A stretch of DNA of 64,000 bases. Source: Bacteroidia bacterium (GTDB taxonomy: Bacteria; Bacteroidota; Bacteroidia; AKYH767-A; 2013-40CM-41-45). The notes below the pieces were generated by a model, which saw only the letters and a program-made list of their open reading frames with translations, had not been told where the DNA came from and did no database searches. Position numbers and translations under genes: made by a program. The stretch is from the NCBI GenBank assembly GCA_038206355.1, contig JBBRAY010000001.1:18384-82383 (forward strand), read 5' to 3'. Shown piece after piece: positions 48,391-58,674 of the stretch; position 1 is the stretch's first letter; every line of letters begins with the position of its first letter.

Positions 48391-50211
48391 ATGAAAATAA
48401 AATTATCGTTCGCAATCATGCTCTCCATTGCCGGATTGAGCACCCATGCACAAAACTTTAATCCGTTATTGGCTACCATGCTTCAGGACACACTGAACAC
48501 TTATGTGTCCTCAATTCCAAATATTAAAGGTATGTCGGCAAGCGTGTATATTCCGGGGCAGGGAATATGGACTGGTGTTGCAGGGGTTTCTTATGCCGGA
48601 CAACCAATAACTCCGGAAATGAAAATGGGTATTGCGAGCAACACAAAATTATTTGTTTCAACGATGATGCTGAAACTGGCAGAAGACAATATCATAAATC
48701 TTGATGATTCTCTCTTCACATGGCTTCCGAATTTTCCAAACATTAATCCCAATATCACCATTCGTCAGTTACTCAATCATACAAGCGGCATCTCCGACCC
48801 TTTGTTTACCTCACCCTGGATGGACACCATTAACCTGAACCCAACAAGGGTATTTACGCCTGTTGAAGTTTTGAGTTGGTTAGGCTCTCCCCTATTTCCT
48901 GCGGGAACGAGTTACGGTTACTCCAACGTCAATTATATCCTCGCCGGAATGATTGCAAAAAATGCAACAGGTTTTCATATTTCAAAATTGATCCGCGACA
49001 GCATCCTTACTCCCCTTTTTCTGGATAGCATTTTTTATGATATTGAAGAACCTGCCGTTGGAATTGTGGCTCACCGCTGGTGGAATACAATTGATTACAA
49101 TGATACTTCCCGCACAGGGCTTAATACAGCAGGCGGCTGTGCCGGTTCAATGTTTTCATCCTCGGCTGAAATGGTGCAATGGTACAGCGCGCTCTTTGAC
49201 GGTCAAATAATAAATCAGTCGTCAATAAATGAACTCACGAACTTCCTTCCCACCGGCAACCCGAATTACCAGTACGGACTTGGCTTAAGCAGGGATCTGT
49301 TGCAGGGATATCAATATTGGGGACATGGTGGTTCTACGTGGGGCTATCGCAGCAAAATGATTTATGATTCATGCCTGCATGTTGCAGTTTGCGGGTTAAC
49401 CAATTCCTTTCCCTCGGGCATGGAAGCGGTTACCTTTTTACTTTATCGGGCAGTTAAGAATCATATTCCGGGCTGTAGCGATGCTCTTACCGGTATAACA
49501 ACGGTATGTGAAGGATCCAACGGCATCACTTATTCCGTACCTCCCATCCCAAATGCATCTTCCTACAACTGGACTTTGCCATCAGGTGCGACCGGTACCA
49601 GTGTTACCAATACAATTACTGTAGATTTTTCATCAGGGGCTTCTTCGGGAAATATTATAGTGCGCGGCATAAATATTTACGGAGAAGGTGGCTCTTCGTC
49701 TTTATGGGTTACCGTGAATTCAGTACCCCCGGCTCCTGTTATATCGCAGTTTGGAAATACGCTTTCATCAGATGCCCTCTCCGGCAATCAATGGTACAAT
49801 TCAATCGGTATCATCAATGGCGCCAACAATATTACTTATGATATTCCTTCAAACGACAGTTACTACTGTATTGTGACGCTTCAAGGATGCAGCTCAGATT
49901 CCTCGAATGTGATAAATGCAATTTATACAGGGCTTTCATCGCCAGAAAATATCGGCCGAATTGAGATTAATCCAAATCCTTTTTCCGACCAAACAACTTT
50001 GCGGTCAGAAAATGTTTTCCATCATGCAACGCTGTGGGTTTACAATTCATTTGGAAAGGTTGCGAAAGAAATAAAAAATGTTTCCGGGCAAGCGGTTACC
50101 ATTCACCGTGACAATTTACCTGACGGACTGTATTTTGTCCGGCTCACAGAAGAGAATAGAATTATCGCAGCAGACAAATTGCTGCTCGTCAACGGAGATA
50201 GGATTCATTAA
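48391..50211 (+). CDS. T9SS cargo serine hydrolase of the beta-lactamase/PBP4* (class C-like) family
   Basis: 606 aa with a signal peptide, an S-x-x-K motif (IASNTKLF), a YSNVNY motif, a C-terminal Ig/PKD-like region and a CTD (EINPNPFSDQTTLR...GLYFVRL). Confidence 0.8.
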   Translation: MKIKLSFAIMLSIAGLSTHAQNFNPLLATMLQDTLNTYVSSIPNIKGMSASVYIPGQGIWTGVAGVSYAGQPITPEMKMGIASNTKLFVSTMMLKLAEDNIINLDDSLFTWLPNFPNINPNITIRQLLNHTSGISDPLFTSPWMDTINLNPTRVFTPVEVLSWLGSPLFPAGTSYGYSNVNYILAGMIAKNATGFHISKLIRDSILTPLFLDSIFYDIEEPAVGIVAHRWWNTIDYNDTSRTGLNTAGGCAGSMFSSSAEMVQWYSALFDGQIINQSSINELTNFLPTGNPNYQYGLGLSRDLLQGYQYWGHGGSTWGYRSKMIYDSCLHVAVCGLTNSFPSGMEAVTFLLYRAVKNHIPGCSDALTGITTVCEGSNGITYSVPPIPNASSYNWTLPSGATGTSVTNTITVDFSSGASSGNIIVRGINIYGEGGSSSLWVTVNSVPPAPVISQFGNTLSSDALSGNQWYNSIGIINGANNITYDIPSNDSYYCIVTLQGCSSDSSNVINAIYTGLSSPENIGRIEINPNPFSDQTTLRSENVFHHATLWVYNSFGKVAKEIKNVSGQAVTIHRDNLPDGLYFVRLTEENRIIAADKLLLVNGDRIH

Positions 50212-50343
50212 TACCAACCACCCTCCGTGTAGCAAATGAAAGGGAGGGTGTTAGTTAATTCTCACCGTTGCCTTTAAGTTTTCAACTTTCCCCTTTCTCA
50301 TTCTATTTCTGGACATATTTGCGGTTCGCAAATCTACCAACCA

Positions 50344-50925
50344 ATGAGACGCATCTTCAACTACTTCCTCCAGGGATTACTTTTTGTAGTTCCCATCGCT
50401 GTTACCATTTATGTATTAATAAAATCCATTTTATGGATTGACAGCTTGCTGCCGTTTCAGATTCCTGTGAGAATTCCATGGCTGGACAAAGTTGAAATTC
50501 CCGGGCTCGGATTGCTGGTAATTTTTTCTGTGATTGCATTCGCGGGATTTCTGGGATCCACATACATCAGAAATCCTTTTTTCGTTTACCTCGAAAAGTG
50601 GATTGAAAAAGCGCCGCTCACCAAATTGATTTATACATCCGTGAAGGACCTCATCAATGCTTTTGTCGGCGAGAAAAAAAGTTTCAACCACCCGGTGATG
50701 GTGCTTGTTCAGAAAGATTCACAACTCCACCGCATCGGTTTTATCACCAAAGAAAGCGTTGTTGAACTGGGAATGTCAGAAGGTATGGTGGCGGTATATT
50801 TGCCCTTCAGCTACGGCTTCAACGGGCAACTCGTGATTGTACCAAGGGAAAATGTAAAACCGATTGATTCATCCGGATCTGAGATGATGAAGTTTATCAT
50901 CAGCGGCGGCGTAACTGAAATTTAG
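50344..50925 (+). CDS. DUF502 domain membrane protein
   Basis: 193 aa with two N-terminal TM helices and the pattern ...P..G...V.....G.......R typical of DUF502. Confidence 0.65.
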   Translation: MRRIFNYFLQGLLFVVPIAVTIYVLIKSILWIDSLLPFQIPVRIPWLDKVEIPGLGLLVIFSVIAFAGFLGSTYIRNPFFVYLEKWIEKAPLTKLIYTSVKDLINAFVGEKKSFNHPVMVLVQKDSQLHRIGFITKESVVELGMSEGMVAVYLPFSYGFNGQLVIVPRENVKPIDSSGSEMMKFIISGGVTEI

Positions 50926-50955
50926 TTTAAAGAAGTATTCAAAATTTAATTTCCA

Positions 50956-51030
50956 GCCACTAACTTCACGGATACGCACAAATCTTTTCTCTAAATAAAT
51001 TTATTAGTGATAATTCGTGTAATTCGTGGC
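50956..51030. repeat. imperfect 24-bp hairpin GCCACTAACTTCACGGATACGCAC / GTGATAATTCGTGTAATTCGTGGC
   Basis: 17 Watson-Crick pairs plus 1 G-T pair out of 24, with a 27-nt loop. It lies between the DUF502 gene and the K+ channel gene. Confidence 0.5.
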
Positions 51031-51081
51031 AAGATATATTGCAGTTTACTGCATGTTCTCAATTGAAGCATTAATTGTATT

Positions 51082-52023
51082 ATGGCAATATTTAAAAACA
51101 GACCGGAAGATTTAAAAGAGTTTGGTTTCGGCACCAAGGTTTATGAATCGAACCAGCGGCTGGTTACCAAAGGCGGACGCAGCAATGTAAAGCGCCGCGG
51201 CCTTCCTTTTTTTGAAGAGCTGAGTTTTTTCCATTCACTCATTACCATGCCATGGTGGAAATTCAACATCCTCGTTGCCACTGCCTATTTATCACTGAAT
51301 ATTTTTTTTGCTCTTCTTTACTACTACATTGATATCGCCGACATCAACGGTATGATTGCCGCAAATAATTTCGAACGATTCATGGAGGCGTTCTTCTTCA
51401 GCACGCAATCCCTCACAACAGTTGGTTACGGAAGGCTGAATCCCGTTGGGATAACTGACAGCACCATTGCCGCTTTTGAAAGTATGCTTGGCTTACTCGG
51501 ATTTGCACTTGCAACAGGATTGTTGTACGGAAGATTTTCCAGGCCGGTAGCAAAAATGCTCTTCAGCGATGTGGCTCTTATTGCGCCTTACCGCGACATG
51601 CAAGGATTTATGGTGCGCCTGGCGAACAAAAGAAAAAATGACCTCATCGAAGTGGAAGCACAGATGATCTATTCATGGGTGGTGATTGAAAACGGAAAAG
51701 ATATCCGCAAGTTTGAAACACTAAATCTCGAAATAAAACGCATCAGCGTGCTATCAGCGACCTGGACTTTAGTTCATCCCATCGACGACAATAGTCCGAT
51801 GAAGGATTTAACGGGTGTTGATTTTCAAACACACAATGCAGAAATCCTCGTCAATATCAAAGCTTTCGACGAATCCTTTTCTCAAACAATTTATACCCGC
51901 ACCTCATATAAATATACAGAGATTATTGCCGGTGCTAAATTCGTTCCTGCAATATCTCCACAACCTGACGGCTCAGTGCTGGTGGAGTTAGATAAGATTG
52001 GCGTCTATGAAAAAGTGAGCTGA
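51082..52023 (+). CDS. inward-rectifier-type (KirBac-like) potassium channel
   Basis: 313 aa with a slide helix, 2 TM helices, the selectivity filter TTVGYG and a cytoplasmic beta-rich Kir C-terminal domain. Confidence 0.8.
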   Translation: MAIFKNRPEDLKEFGFGTKVYESNQRLVTKGGRSNVKRRGLPFFEELSFFHSLITMPWWKFNILVATAYLSLNIFFALLYYYIDIADINGMIAANNFERFMEAFFFSTQSLTTVGYGRLNPVGITDSTIAAFESMLGLLGFALATGLLYGRFSRPVAKMLFSDVALIAPYRDMQGFMVRLANKRKNDLIEVEAQMIYSWVVIENGKDIRKFETLNLEIKRISVLSATWTLVHPIDDNSPMKDLTGVDFQTHNAEILVNIKAFDESFSQTIYTRTSYKYTEIIAGAKFVPAISPQPDGSVLVELDKIGVYEKVS

Positions 52024-52048
52024 ACATCGGCTGAATACTGAAATCTAT

Positions 52049-52056
52049 TATATTTG
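52049..52056 (+). promoter_or_regulatory. -7 promoter box TATATTTG
   Basis: Perfect TAnnTTTG overlapping the listed TTG start at 52054. This argues for the ATG at 52093 as the true kinase start. Confidence 0.4.
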
Positions 52057-52092
52057 AATCGCTGTGAATGCCAAATATTAACCTCTGAAAAA

Positions 52093-55050
52093 ATGCCATT
52101 TAAACAGGGAGATGAAATTACAAGGAGTATCTTGAATTCAGCGCCCGATGCTGTAGTTTGTTTTGGCAGCAATTGGAAAATATCTTTTTGGAATTTTCAG
52201 GCAACAAAAATTTTCGGATGGAAAGAAGAGGACGTCATTGGTAAACGGATTAGTGAAACAATAATTCCGGTAAATCGCCGAAAGAAATACGATGAGGTAT
52301 TGAATCAATATCTTCAAACAAAGGATGGTGTTGATCCCAAACCGCCAATTGAGATTGAAGCTATTGATAGGGCCGGTAAAGAGTTTTGGGTTGCGATTAC
52401 CGTCGCTCCTGTTTACCGGGGAGGTAAAGATTTTTTCTGCGGTTATATACGCGACATCACCGAAATTAAAAATGCGGGGGAAGAAATTCGAAAGGAAAAA
52501 GAACTTTCAGACTTCGTATTTGAAAACCTTCCGGGCATTTTTTACGTTCAGGATGAAGCAGGCAAATACCTGAGGTGGAACAAAAATTTTGAAATCGCAT
52601 CCGGATATTCTGCAGAGGAAGTTGAACACTTACGCTCGCTGGATTTTTTTCACGATGATGACCGTGTTCGCGTGGATGATGCCATTAAAAAAGTTTTCAG
52701 GGAGGGAAAGGCGGAAGTTGTTGCCGATGCAGTGACGAAAGACAAAAGGGTGGTTCCGTTTTATTTCAGGGCGAAGTCAATTATTTATGAGGGCAAGAAA
52801 TGCCTGATCGGAACCGGTGTTGACCTGAGCAAGCAACAACGTGCACAGGCAGAAGTAAAAAAGATAGAGGAAAAATACCGGGCTCTTTTTGAACAGGCTT
52901 CTGACCCGATTATGGTCACTGATTTCAAAGGAAACTTTCTCGACGTCAATGAGAGTTTCTGCAAACTGTTCGGTTACCTGAAGTCGGAACTGATGGGTAT
53001 GAATATTAGCAGGCTTATTGATGCTGAACAACTCAAAGCAGCACCAATTAATTTTGCCCGCATCGCTGCCGGAGATCATGTTTTCAGCAGACGCAGCATG
53101 GTTCACAAAGACGGCCACATTGTGGAAGTTGAAGCCAACACAAAAAAAATATCAGAGACCAGTATTTTAGCGATTGCACGTGACATAACAGAACGTATTA
53201 AAGTTGAAAATGAACTGGCAGAAAGTGAAAACAGACTCCGTACAATTTTTGAAACGGAACCTGAATGCATCAAACTCATTGGTGCTGATGGCAGTCTCAT
53301 TGACATGAATCCTGCCGGGCTTGCCATTATTGAGGCAGAAAGCGCAGACCAGGTTATCGGTCGGAATATATTGCAGCTGGTAGATGACGAATTCAAACCT
53401 GCCTTTCTCAAACTGAATAATGAAGTATTTTCCGGCAAATCCCGAACGCTTGAATTTTCTATCACCGGACTTAAAGGGACACACCGGTGGATGGAGATGC
53501 ACGCCGTTCCACTCAGAAGTAAATCCGGTGATGTGATCAGCGTACTTTCTGTGTCCCGAGACATAACGGAGAGGCGAAAAGCTGAAGAAAGGATCAAACA
53601 GAGCGAAGAGCGTTATCGTGCACTGGTTGAAAATGCGACTGAAGCTCTGGTGGTTTTTGATGCTGAAACCCAAAAATTTGAAAGCGTAAGTCAGAGCGCA
53701 GTTGACTTTTTCAAAATGTCCAAAGAAGAACTTTTAAAAATTGGTCCCCTTGACCTTAGCCCCGAATACCAGCCCAATGGTAGTTTATCATCTTTATATG
53801 CAGAGGAAAAAATTGCAGAAACGATTGCCGGCGGTAAACCATCTTTTGAATGGATGCATACCGATAAAGACGGAAACCATATTGCATGTGAAGTAAACCT
53901 TGTCAGGCTTCCGTCCGATCACCATGTTCTTATCCGTGGAAGTATTTTTAATATTTCCGATCGCAAAAAAGCTGAAGAAGTTACACGGATGAGCGCGCAG
54001 AAGTATAAACTGCTCTTCAATAAGAATCCATTTCCCATGTTCATGCTTTCTAAACCGGATCTGAAACTTATTGATGTGAATGAAGCAGCAGCGATACAAT
54101 ACGGTTATTCAAGGGAGGAATTTTTAAACCTGACTGCATTTGACATCCGACCTGATGATGATGTGACTCCATTCATGAACAAAATTGAAAACAGTCCGGA
54201 ATTAATCAATGATTTCGGAATCAGGAAGCACCGGAAAAAAGACGGAACCATCATAAAAGTTGAAGTAAAGACGCACCAGATCGTGGATGACGGCAGGCCG
54301 GCATTGCTCGTGCTTACCAATGATGTAACAGAACGGATGATTGCAGAAGAAGAAATAAAACGTTCGCATGAAGAGTTAAGGCAGCTCTCCTCCTACCTCG
54401 AAACCATTCGTGAGGAAGAACGCACAAGTATTGCACGGGAAATTCATGACGAACTCGGACAACAACTTACCGGATTAAAAATGGATATCTCCTGGCTCAG
54501 TAAAAAAATCAACGGAGAAAGTAAGGTCGTACATGAAAAAATTTCAGGGATGTTATCACTGGTTGATGAAACAGTAAAAACAGTGCGAAGAATATCTACA
54601 GAACTTCGTCCGGGAATACTCGATGACCTTGGGCTCGTAGATGCACTGCAATGGCAGAGTCATGAATTTGAAAAAAGAACCGGAATTACTTCTAAGTTTG
54701 ATACATCATTTTCTGAATCTTCTTTTGAGAAAAAACTATCAACCGGAATATTCCGCGTTTTTCAGGAAACGCTGACCAATATTGCCCGCCATGCACAGGC
54801 ATCAAAAATTAATACTTCATTTGAACGGCAGGAAGAAAATCTTGTGCTCCGCATTAAAGATAACGGAAAGGGATTCAATGAATCAGAAATCAAAGTTAAG
54901 CGAACACTGGGGCTGGTAGGAATGAAAGAGCGCGCTAAAATGTTTGGCGGTAACCTGGATATAAAAAGTCAGGCCGGGAAAGGAACAGAAATCACATTGA
55001 GTGTTCCCATGCGGCTCACCGATTCTACGGTAACAGAACTCATGAAATGA
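52093..55050 (+). CDS. multi-PAS sensor histidine kinase, HisKA_3/NarX-type
   Basis: About 985 aa with no obvious TM segment and five to six PAS/PAC units (repeated ...RDITERK/I.AEE...). The HisKA_3 H-box (EEERTSIAREIHDELGQQLT) and HATPase_c (GLVGMKERAKMFGG...GKGTEI) are present. Confidence 0.88.
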   Translation: MPFKQGDEITRSILNSAPDAVVCFGSNWKISFWNFQATKIFGWKEEDVIGKRISETIIPVNRRKKYDEVLNQYLQTKDGVDPKPPIEIEAIDRAGKEFWVAITVAPVYRGGKDFFCGYIRDITEIKNAGEEIRKEKELSDFVFENLPGIFYVQDEAGKYLRWNKNFEIASGYSAEEVEHLRSLDFFHDDDRVRVDDAIKKVFREGKAEVVADAVTKDKRVVPFYFRAKSIIYEGKKCLIGTGVDLSKQQRAQAEVKKIEEKYRALFEQASDPIMVTDFKGNFLDVNESFCKLFGYLKSELMGMNISRLIDAEQLKAAPINFARIAAGDHVFSRRSMVHKDGHIVEVEANTKKISETSILAIARDITERIKVENELAESENRLRTIFETEPECIKLIGADGSLIDMNPAGLAIIEAESADQVIGRNILQLVDDEFKPAFLKLNNEVFSGKSRTLEFSITGLKGTHRWMEMHAVPLRSKSGDVISVLSVSRDITERRKAEERIKQSEERYRALVENATEALVVFDAETQKFESVSQSAVDFFKMSKEELLKIGPLDLSPEYQPNGSLSSLYAEEKIAETIAGGKPSFEWMHTDKDGNHIACEVNLVRLPSDHHVLIRGSIFNISDRKKAEEVTRMSAQKYKLLFNKNPFPMFMLSKPDLKLIDVNEAAAIQYGYSREEFLNLTAFDIRPDDDVTPFMNKIENSPELINDFGIRKHRKKDGTIIKVEVKTHQIVDDGRPALLVLTNDVTERMIAEEEIKRSHEELRQLSSYLETIREEERTSIAREIHDELGQQLTGLKMDISWLSKKINGESKVVHEKISGMLSLVDETVKTVRRISTELRPGILDDLGLVDALQWQSHEFEKRTGITSKFDTSFSESSFEKKLSTGIFRVFQETLTNIARHAQASKINTSFERQEENLVLRIKDNGKGFNESEIKVKRTLGLVGMKERAKMFGGNLDIKSQAGKGTEITLSVPMRLTDSTVTELMK

Positions 55051-55676
55051 TCAGGATACTCATTGCAGATGACCACAGTATTGTAAGAAGAGGATTGAGA
55101 GAAATTCTCCTCGAAGAATTCCCTGACGCCGAAATTGTGGGGGTAAGTGATGGCATTCAACTCCTTCGGGAAGCAAGGGCATCAAGCTGGAATATTATCA
55201 TCAGCGATATATCGATGCCGGGTAGAAACGGGTTGGAAACGTTGAAACAACTTAAAGAATTCTATCCAAAGGTACCCGTCCTCATCCTGAGCATGCATCC
55301 CGAAGATCAATATGCCATACGTGCTTTACGTGCGGGGGCTTCAGGATACCTCACCAAGGAAAGCGCATCAGAAGAACTGGTAAATGCAGTGCGGAAAATT
55401 CTTTCAGGCAAAAGATACATCACTGCTGATGTTGCAGAAAAGCTGGCTGAAAATCTGGATTTCGATTCCACGAAGTCGCTGCATGAAATGCTCTCCGATC
55501 GCGAGTTTGATGTATTGAAAATGATCGCGTCAGGGAAAACAGTTACTGAAATTGCAGACAAATTTTCTTTAAGTATTACAACCGTAAGCACCTATCGTGC
55601 AAGGATTCTTTTTAAAACAAAAATGAAAACAAATGCCGAACTCACCCACTACGCCATTCAAAATAGTCTTGTTTAA
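55047..55676 (+). CDS. NarL/FixJ-family response regulator (REC + LuxR HTH)
   Basis: 209 aa with ILIADDH, IISDISMPGRNG, and a LuxR-type HTH (LSDREFDVLKMIASGKTVTEIADKFSLSITTVSTYRARI). Its start overlaps the kinase stop (ATGA). Confidence 0.92.
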   Translation: MIRILIADDHSIVRRGLREILLEEFPDAEIVGVSDGIQLLREARASSWNIIISDISMPGRNGLETLKQLKEFYPKVPVLILSMHPEDQYAIRALRAGASGYLTKESASEELVNAVRKILSGKRYITADVAEKLAENLDFDSTKSLHEMLSDREFDVLKMIASGKTVTEIADKFSLSITTVSTYRARILFKTKMKTNAELTHYAIQNSLV

Positions 55677-55809
55677 GTTGCAGGTGCTGAAGTAACTTTT
55701 CCCGTGTAGTACAAACAACTACATGACTTTTGACAGCCTCCTACACAACTTAACGGGTATCAACTATTTATCATTCAAAAATCCCGGCTGATATTTGCAT
55801 GCTTAACAA

Positions 55810-56202
55810 ATGCAAATGCAGATTGAAAAACTCAGTGTCTTAATCGTAGAAGATTCAGAAGTCGTAACTCGCAGAATCAGAAGTATGCTCAAAGAAATAC
55901 CTGAAGTAAGCGTGGTTGGTGAAGCCGTAAACGGTAAAGAAGCCATGGCTATCACGCAGGTCATGAACCCTGATGTGGTGCTGCTGGATATTAATTTGCC
56001 GGGGCAAAATGGCATTGAAGTTTTAAAAGAATTAAAATTGTTTAATGCCCAAACAAAGGTGATGATGCTTACCAATTATTCCGATTTTCAGCACAGAAAA
56101 CATTGTAAAGAAGCCGGAGCGGATTACTTTTTCGATAAGTCCATTGAATTTGAAAAAGTACCCGATGTTCTTCTGGCCATTCACAAATCCAATACTCAAT
56201 AA
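55810..56202 (+). CDS. single-domain response regulator
   Basis: 130 aa with VLIVEDSEV, DVVLLDINLPGQNG and a conserved Lys (FDKS). Confidence 0.85.
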   Translation: MQMQIEKLSVLIVEDSEVVTRRIRSMLKEIPEVSVVGEAVNGKEAMAITQVMNPDVVLLDINLPGQNGIEVLKELKLFNAQTKVMMLTNYSDFQHRKHCKEAGADYFFDKSIEFEKVPDVLLAIHKSNTQ

Positions 56203-56252
56203 AAATTATCAGACAGTAAATTCAGGATTTACCAATAACGCTTTTCCACACG

Positions 56253-56648
56253 ATGCGATTTAAAAAAGTGCTCCTCATTGACGATGATGACATTGATTTA
56301 TATGTTTCAAAGAGAATTCTCAAAAGTTATTCATTTTCAGAAGTTATTATTACCACCAATTCGGTGAAAGATGCGTTGGAATACATTACCAACAACATAA
56401 GTAATAGCCCTCCTCCCGAAATAATTTTTCTCGATCTCAATATGCCCGGAGAAAATGGTTTGGATTTTCTGAATGCCTTTGAAATTATTTCCAAAGAACA
56501 TAAGTTGTCATGCAACATTGCACTCCTGATCAATGTGGTTGATTCTAACGACAAGGAAACTGCGCAGGCAAAATCCCATCCAATGGTGAAATATGTTTTT
56601 GAAAAGCCATTGACAGAAGATAAGCTGAAAAAAATCAGCTTTCAATAG
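56253..56648 (+). CDS. single-domain response regulator
   Basis: 131 aa with LLIDDDDID, IIFLDLNMPGENG and EKPL. Confidence 0.85.
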   Translation: MRFKKVLLIDDDDIDLYVSKRILKSYSFSEVIITTNSVKDALEYITNNISNSPPPEIIFLDLNMPGENGLDFLNAFEIISKEHKLSCNIALLINVVDSNDKETAQAKSHPMVKYVFEKPLTEDKLKKISFQ

Positions 56649-56995
56649 GCTTTCTTAAAATAACAGAAAATGATTTTTGTCATGTCCGGGTTTGATAATC
56701 GTCATCTTCGCGCTATACAACAGATGATAGATTTACCCACCCTTGCCGGTTCAAGACCTGACTGAAAAAGTCTGTTGCACCCATTGCGCTGATACGTGCA
56801 GCAACGTCATTGAATGAGGTGAGGAAATCATCAATGCCAGTTTTGCAATAGCATTACTATATAACGTAGTAGGACTGTCATTCACGGTCAACGGAAAACT
56901 TTCGCTTGTTATCGCGGCTATGCTCATGCAACTGCTCACCACAACTATTATTACTTTTACAACCGGTATCTCCAATTCGACAGCCCGAATGTGAT

Positions 56996-58558
56996 GTGAA
57001 TATTCCAACAAAGAAAATCCGTTTTTATTTTTTTTCATTTCTGAAACACGATTTCAGAGCAAGCATTACTGTATTCTTTGTTGCCTTGCCGCTCTGCCTT
57101 GGCATTTCCCTTGCATCAGGCGCCCCTGTTTATTCAGGACTAATTTCCGGCATCATCGGCGGAACACTGGTTGCATTGATCAGTGGATCTCAACTAAGTG
57201 TCAGCGGGCCGGCTGCAGGACTCACTGCCATTTCTGCTGCCGCAATTTTACAAATGGGATCCCTGGAAATATTTTTTCTTTCCATTTCTCTGGCAGGAAT
57301 TTTTCAGATTTTACTTGGTACATTCCGCATGGGTAGCTTCACGCATTTCATCCCCTCTTCCGTAATTAAAGGCATGCTGGCTGCCATTGGAATCATACTG
57401 ATATCAAAACAAGTCCCGCTTTTTATGGGTTATGACCAACCCGACTTCTGGACTAAGGAATTATTTAACGTTTTTACTTTTTCCCATGCATATTCTCACA
57501 TCGACAACATTTATCATCATTCCTCTTCAGGAATTACGATGATATCAATCCTATCTTTAGGTATATTGATTTCGTGGAGAAAAATATTTCCAGCGAAGCT
57601 TGAATTTATTCCTGCTTCCTTTGTAGCAGTGTTGAGTGGAATAATCCTCGTTTTTCTTTTTCAAAACATTTTTCATTTTTTCGAATTCAAATCCACGCAA
57701 TTCATTTCACTTCCCGAAAGTGTTTTCGGTGGAATTCAGGGCCCATCTCTTGCAACATTTAACTTTTCAAAAGAAATATGGATGACGGCATTTGTAATCG
57801 CCATGGTGGCATCGCTGGAGACTTTGTTAAGCGTGGAAGCCATTGATAAACTGGATCCATACAACCGAAGCACTCCCATGAACCGCGAATTGATTGCACA
57901 GGGTATTGGAAATTTTTTCAGCGGGATGCTTTCCGGATTGCCAATTACGGCTGTCATAGTCAGAAGCGCTGCAAATGCAGAAGCCGGTGCACGAACAAAA
58001 GTATCCTCTTTTGCACATGGCATCTGGATTGTACTTGTATTGCTTTTTTGCATTCCGTTATTGAATAAAATACCTTATTGTGTACTATCAGTGATCCTGA
58101 TCCGAACAGGTTATAATCTTGCAAAACCTGAAATGATAGTAAAGGTCTACCGGCAGGGCCGAGAACAGTTTCTCCCTTTCATAGTTACCATTGCTGCAAT
58201 CCTGATTACTGATTTACTCATAGGTGTACTTGTCGGAATCCTATACAGCATCTATTTTATGGTGAAGCATACTTACAGAGCGGGATTTAAATTGTCTGTT
58301 CAGGAGGAAGGCGCCATCAAACACTTTAATATCAGGCTTGCACTAAACGTCAGCTTTCTGAATAAGAAAAAAATTATAGATATGCTTGAAAAAATCCCGC
58401 CCTATTCATCTGCAGAAATTGACGGAACCGGCAGCGTTTATATTGACCATGATATTCTTGAAATATTTCAGGATTACAAAATGAAAGCAAAGCAGCGACA
58501 CATTGAACTTATTTTAAAACAAATACCGGAAGTTCAGACGATTGGACTACACAGTTAA
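56996..58558 (+). CDS. SulP family inorganic anion transporter with C-terminal STAS-like domain
   Basis: FVALPLCLGISLASGAP... is the usual SulP N-terminal motif, followed by a polytopic core. The start is uncertain: GTG at 56996 was chosen and the listed ORF begins at TTG 56906. Confidence 0.8.
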   Translation: MNIPTKKIRFYFFSFLKHDFRASITVFFVALPLCLGISLASGAPVYSGLISGIIGGTLVALISGSQLSVSGPAAGLTAISAAAILQMGSLEIFFLSISLAGIFQILLGTFRMGSFTHFIPSSVIKGMLAAIGIILISKQVPLFMGYDQPDFWTKELFNVFTFSHAYSHIDNIYHHSSSGITMISILSLGILISWRKIFPAKLEFIPASFVAVLSGIILVFLFQNIFHFFEFKSTQFISLPESVFGGIQGPSLATFNFSKEIWMTAFVIAMVASLETLLSVEAIDKLDPYNRSTPMNRELIAQGIGNFFSGMLSGLPITAVIVRSAANAEAGARTKVSSFAHGIWIVLVLLFCIPLLNKIPYCVLSVILIRTGYNLAKPEMIVKVYRQGREQFLPFIVTIAAILITDLLIGVLVGILYSIYFMVKHTYRAGFKLSVQEEGAIKHFNIRLALNVSFLNKKKIIDMLEKIPPYSSAEIDGTGSVYIDHDILEIFQDYKMKAKQRHIELILKQIPEVQTIGLHS

Positions 58559-58674
58559 CTGCTGCTTATTAATCGAAATTTGGCATCAGTTACATCTAAT
58601 AAAAAATGATAGTTATGCGGTTGAAAAAAGCCGGAACGGGAAAACAATTCCATCAACGACAACTATAAAAACCA

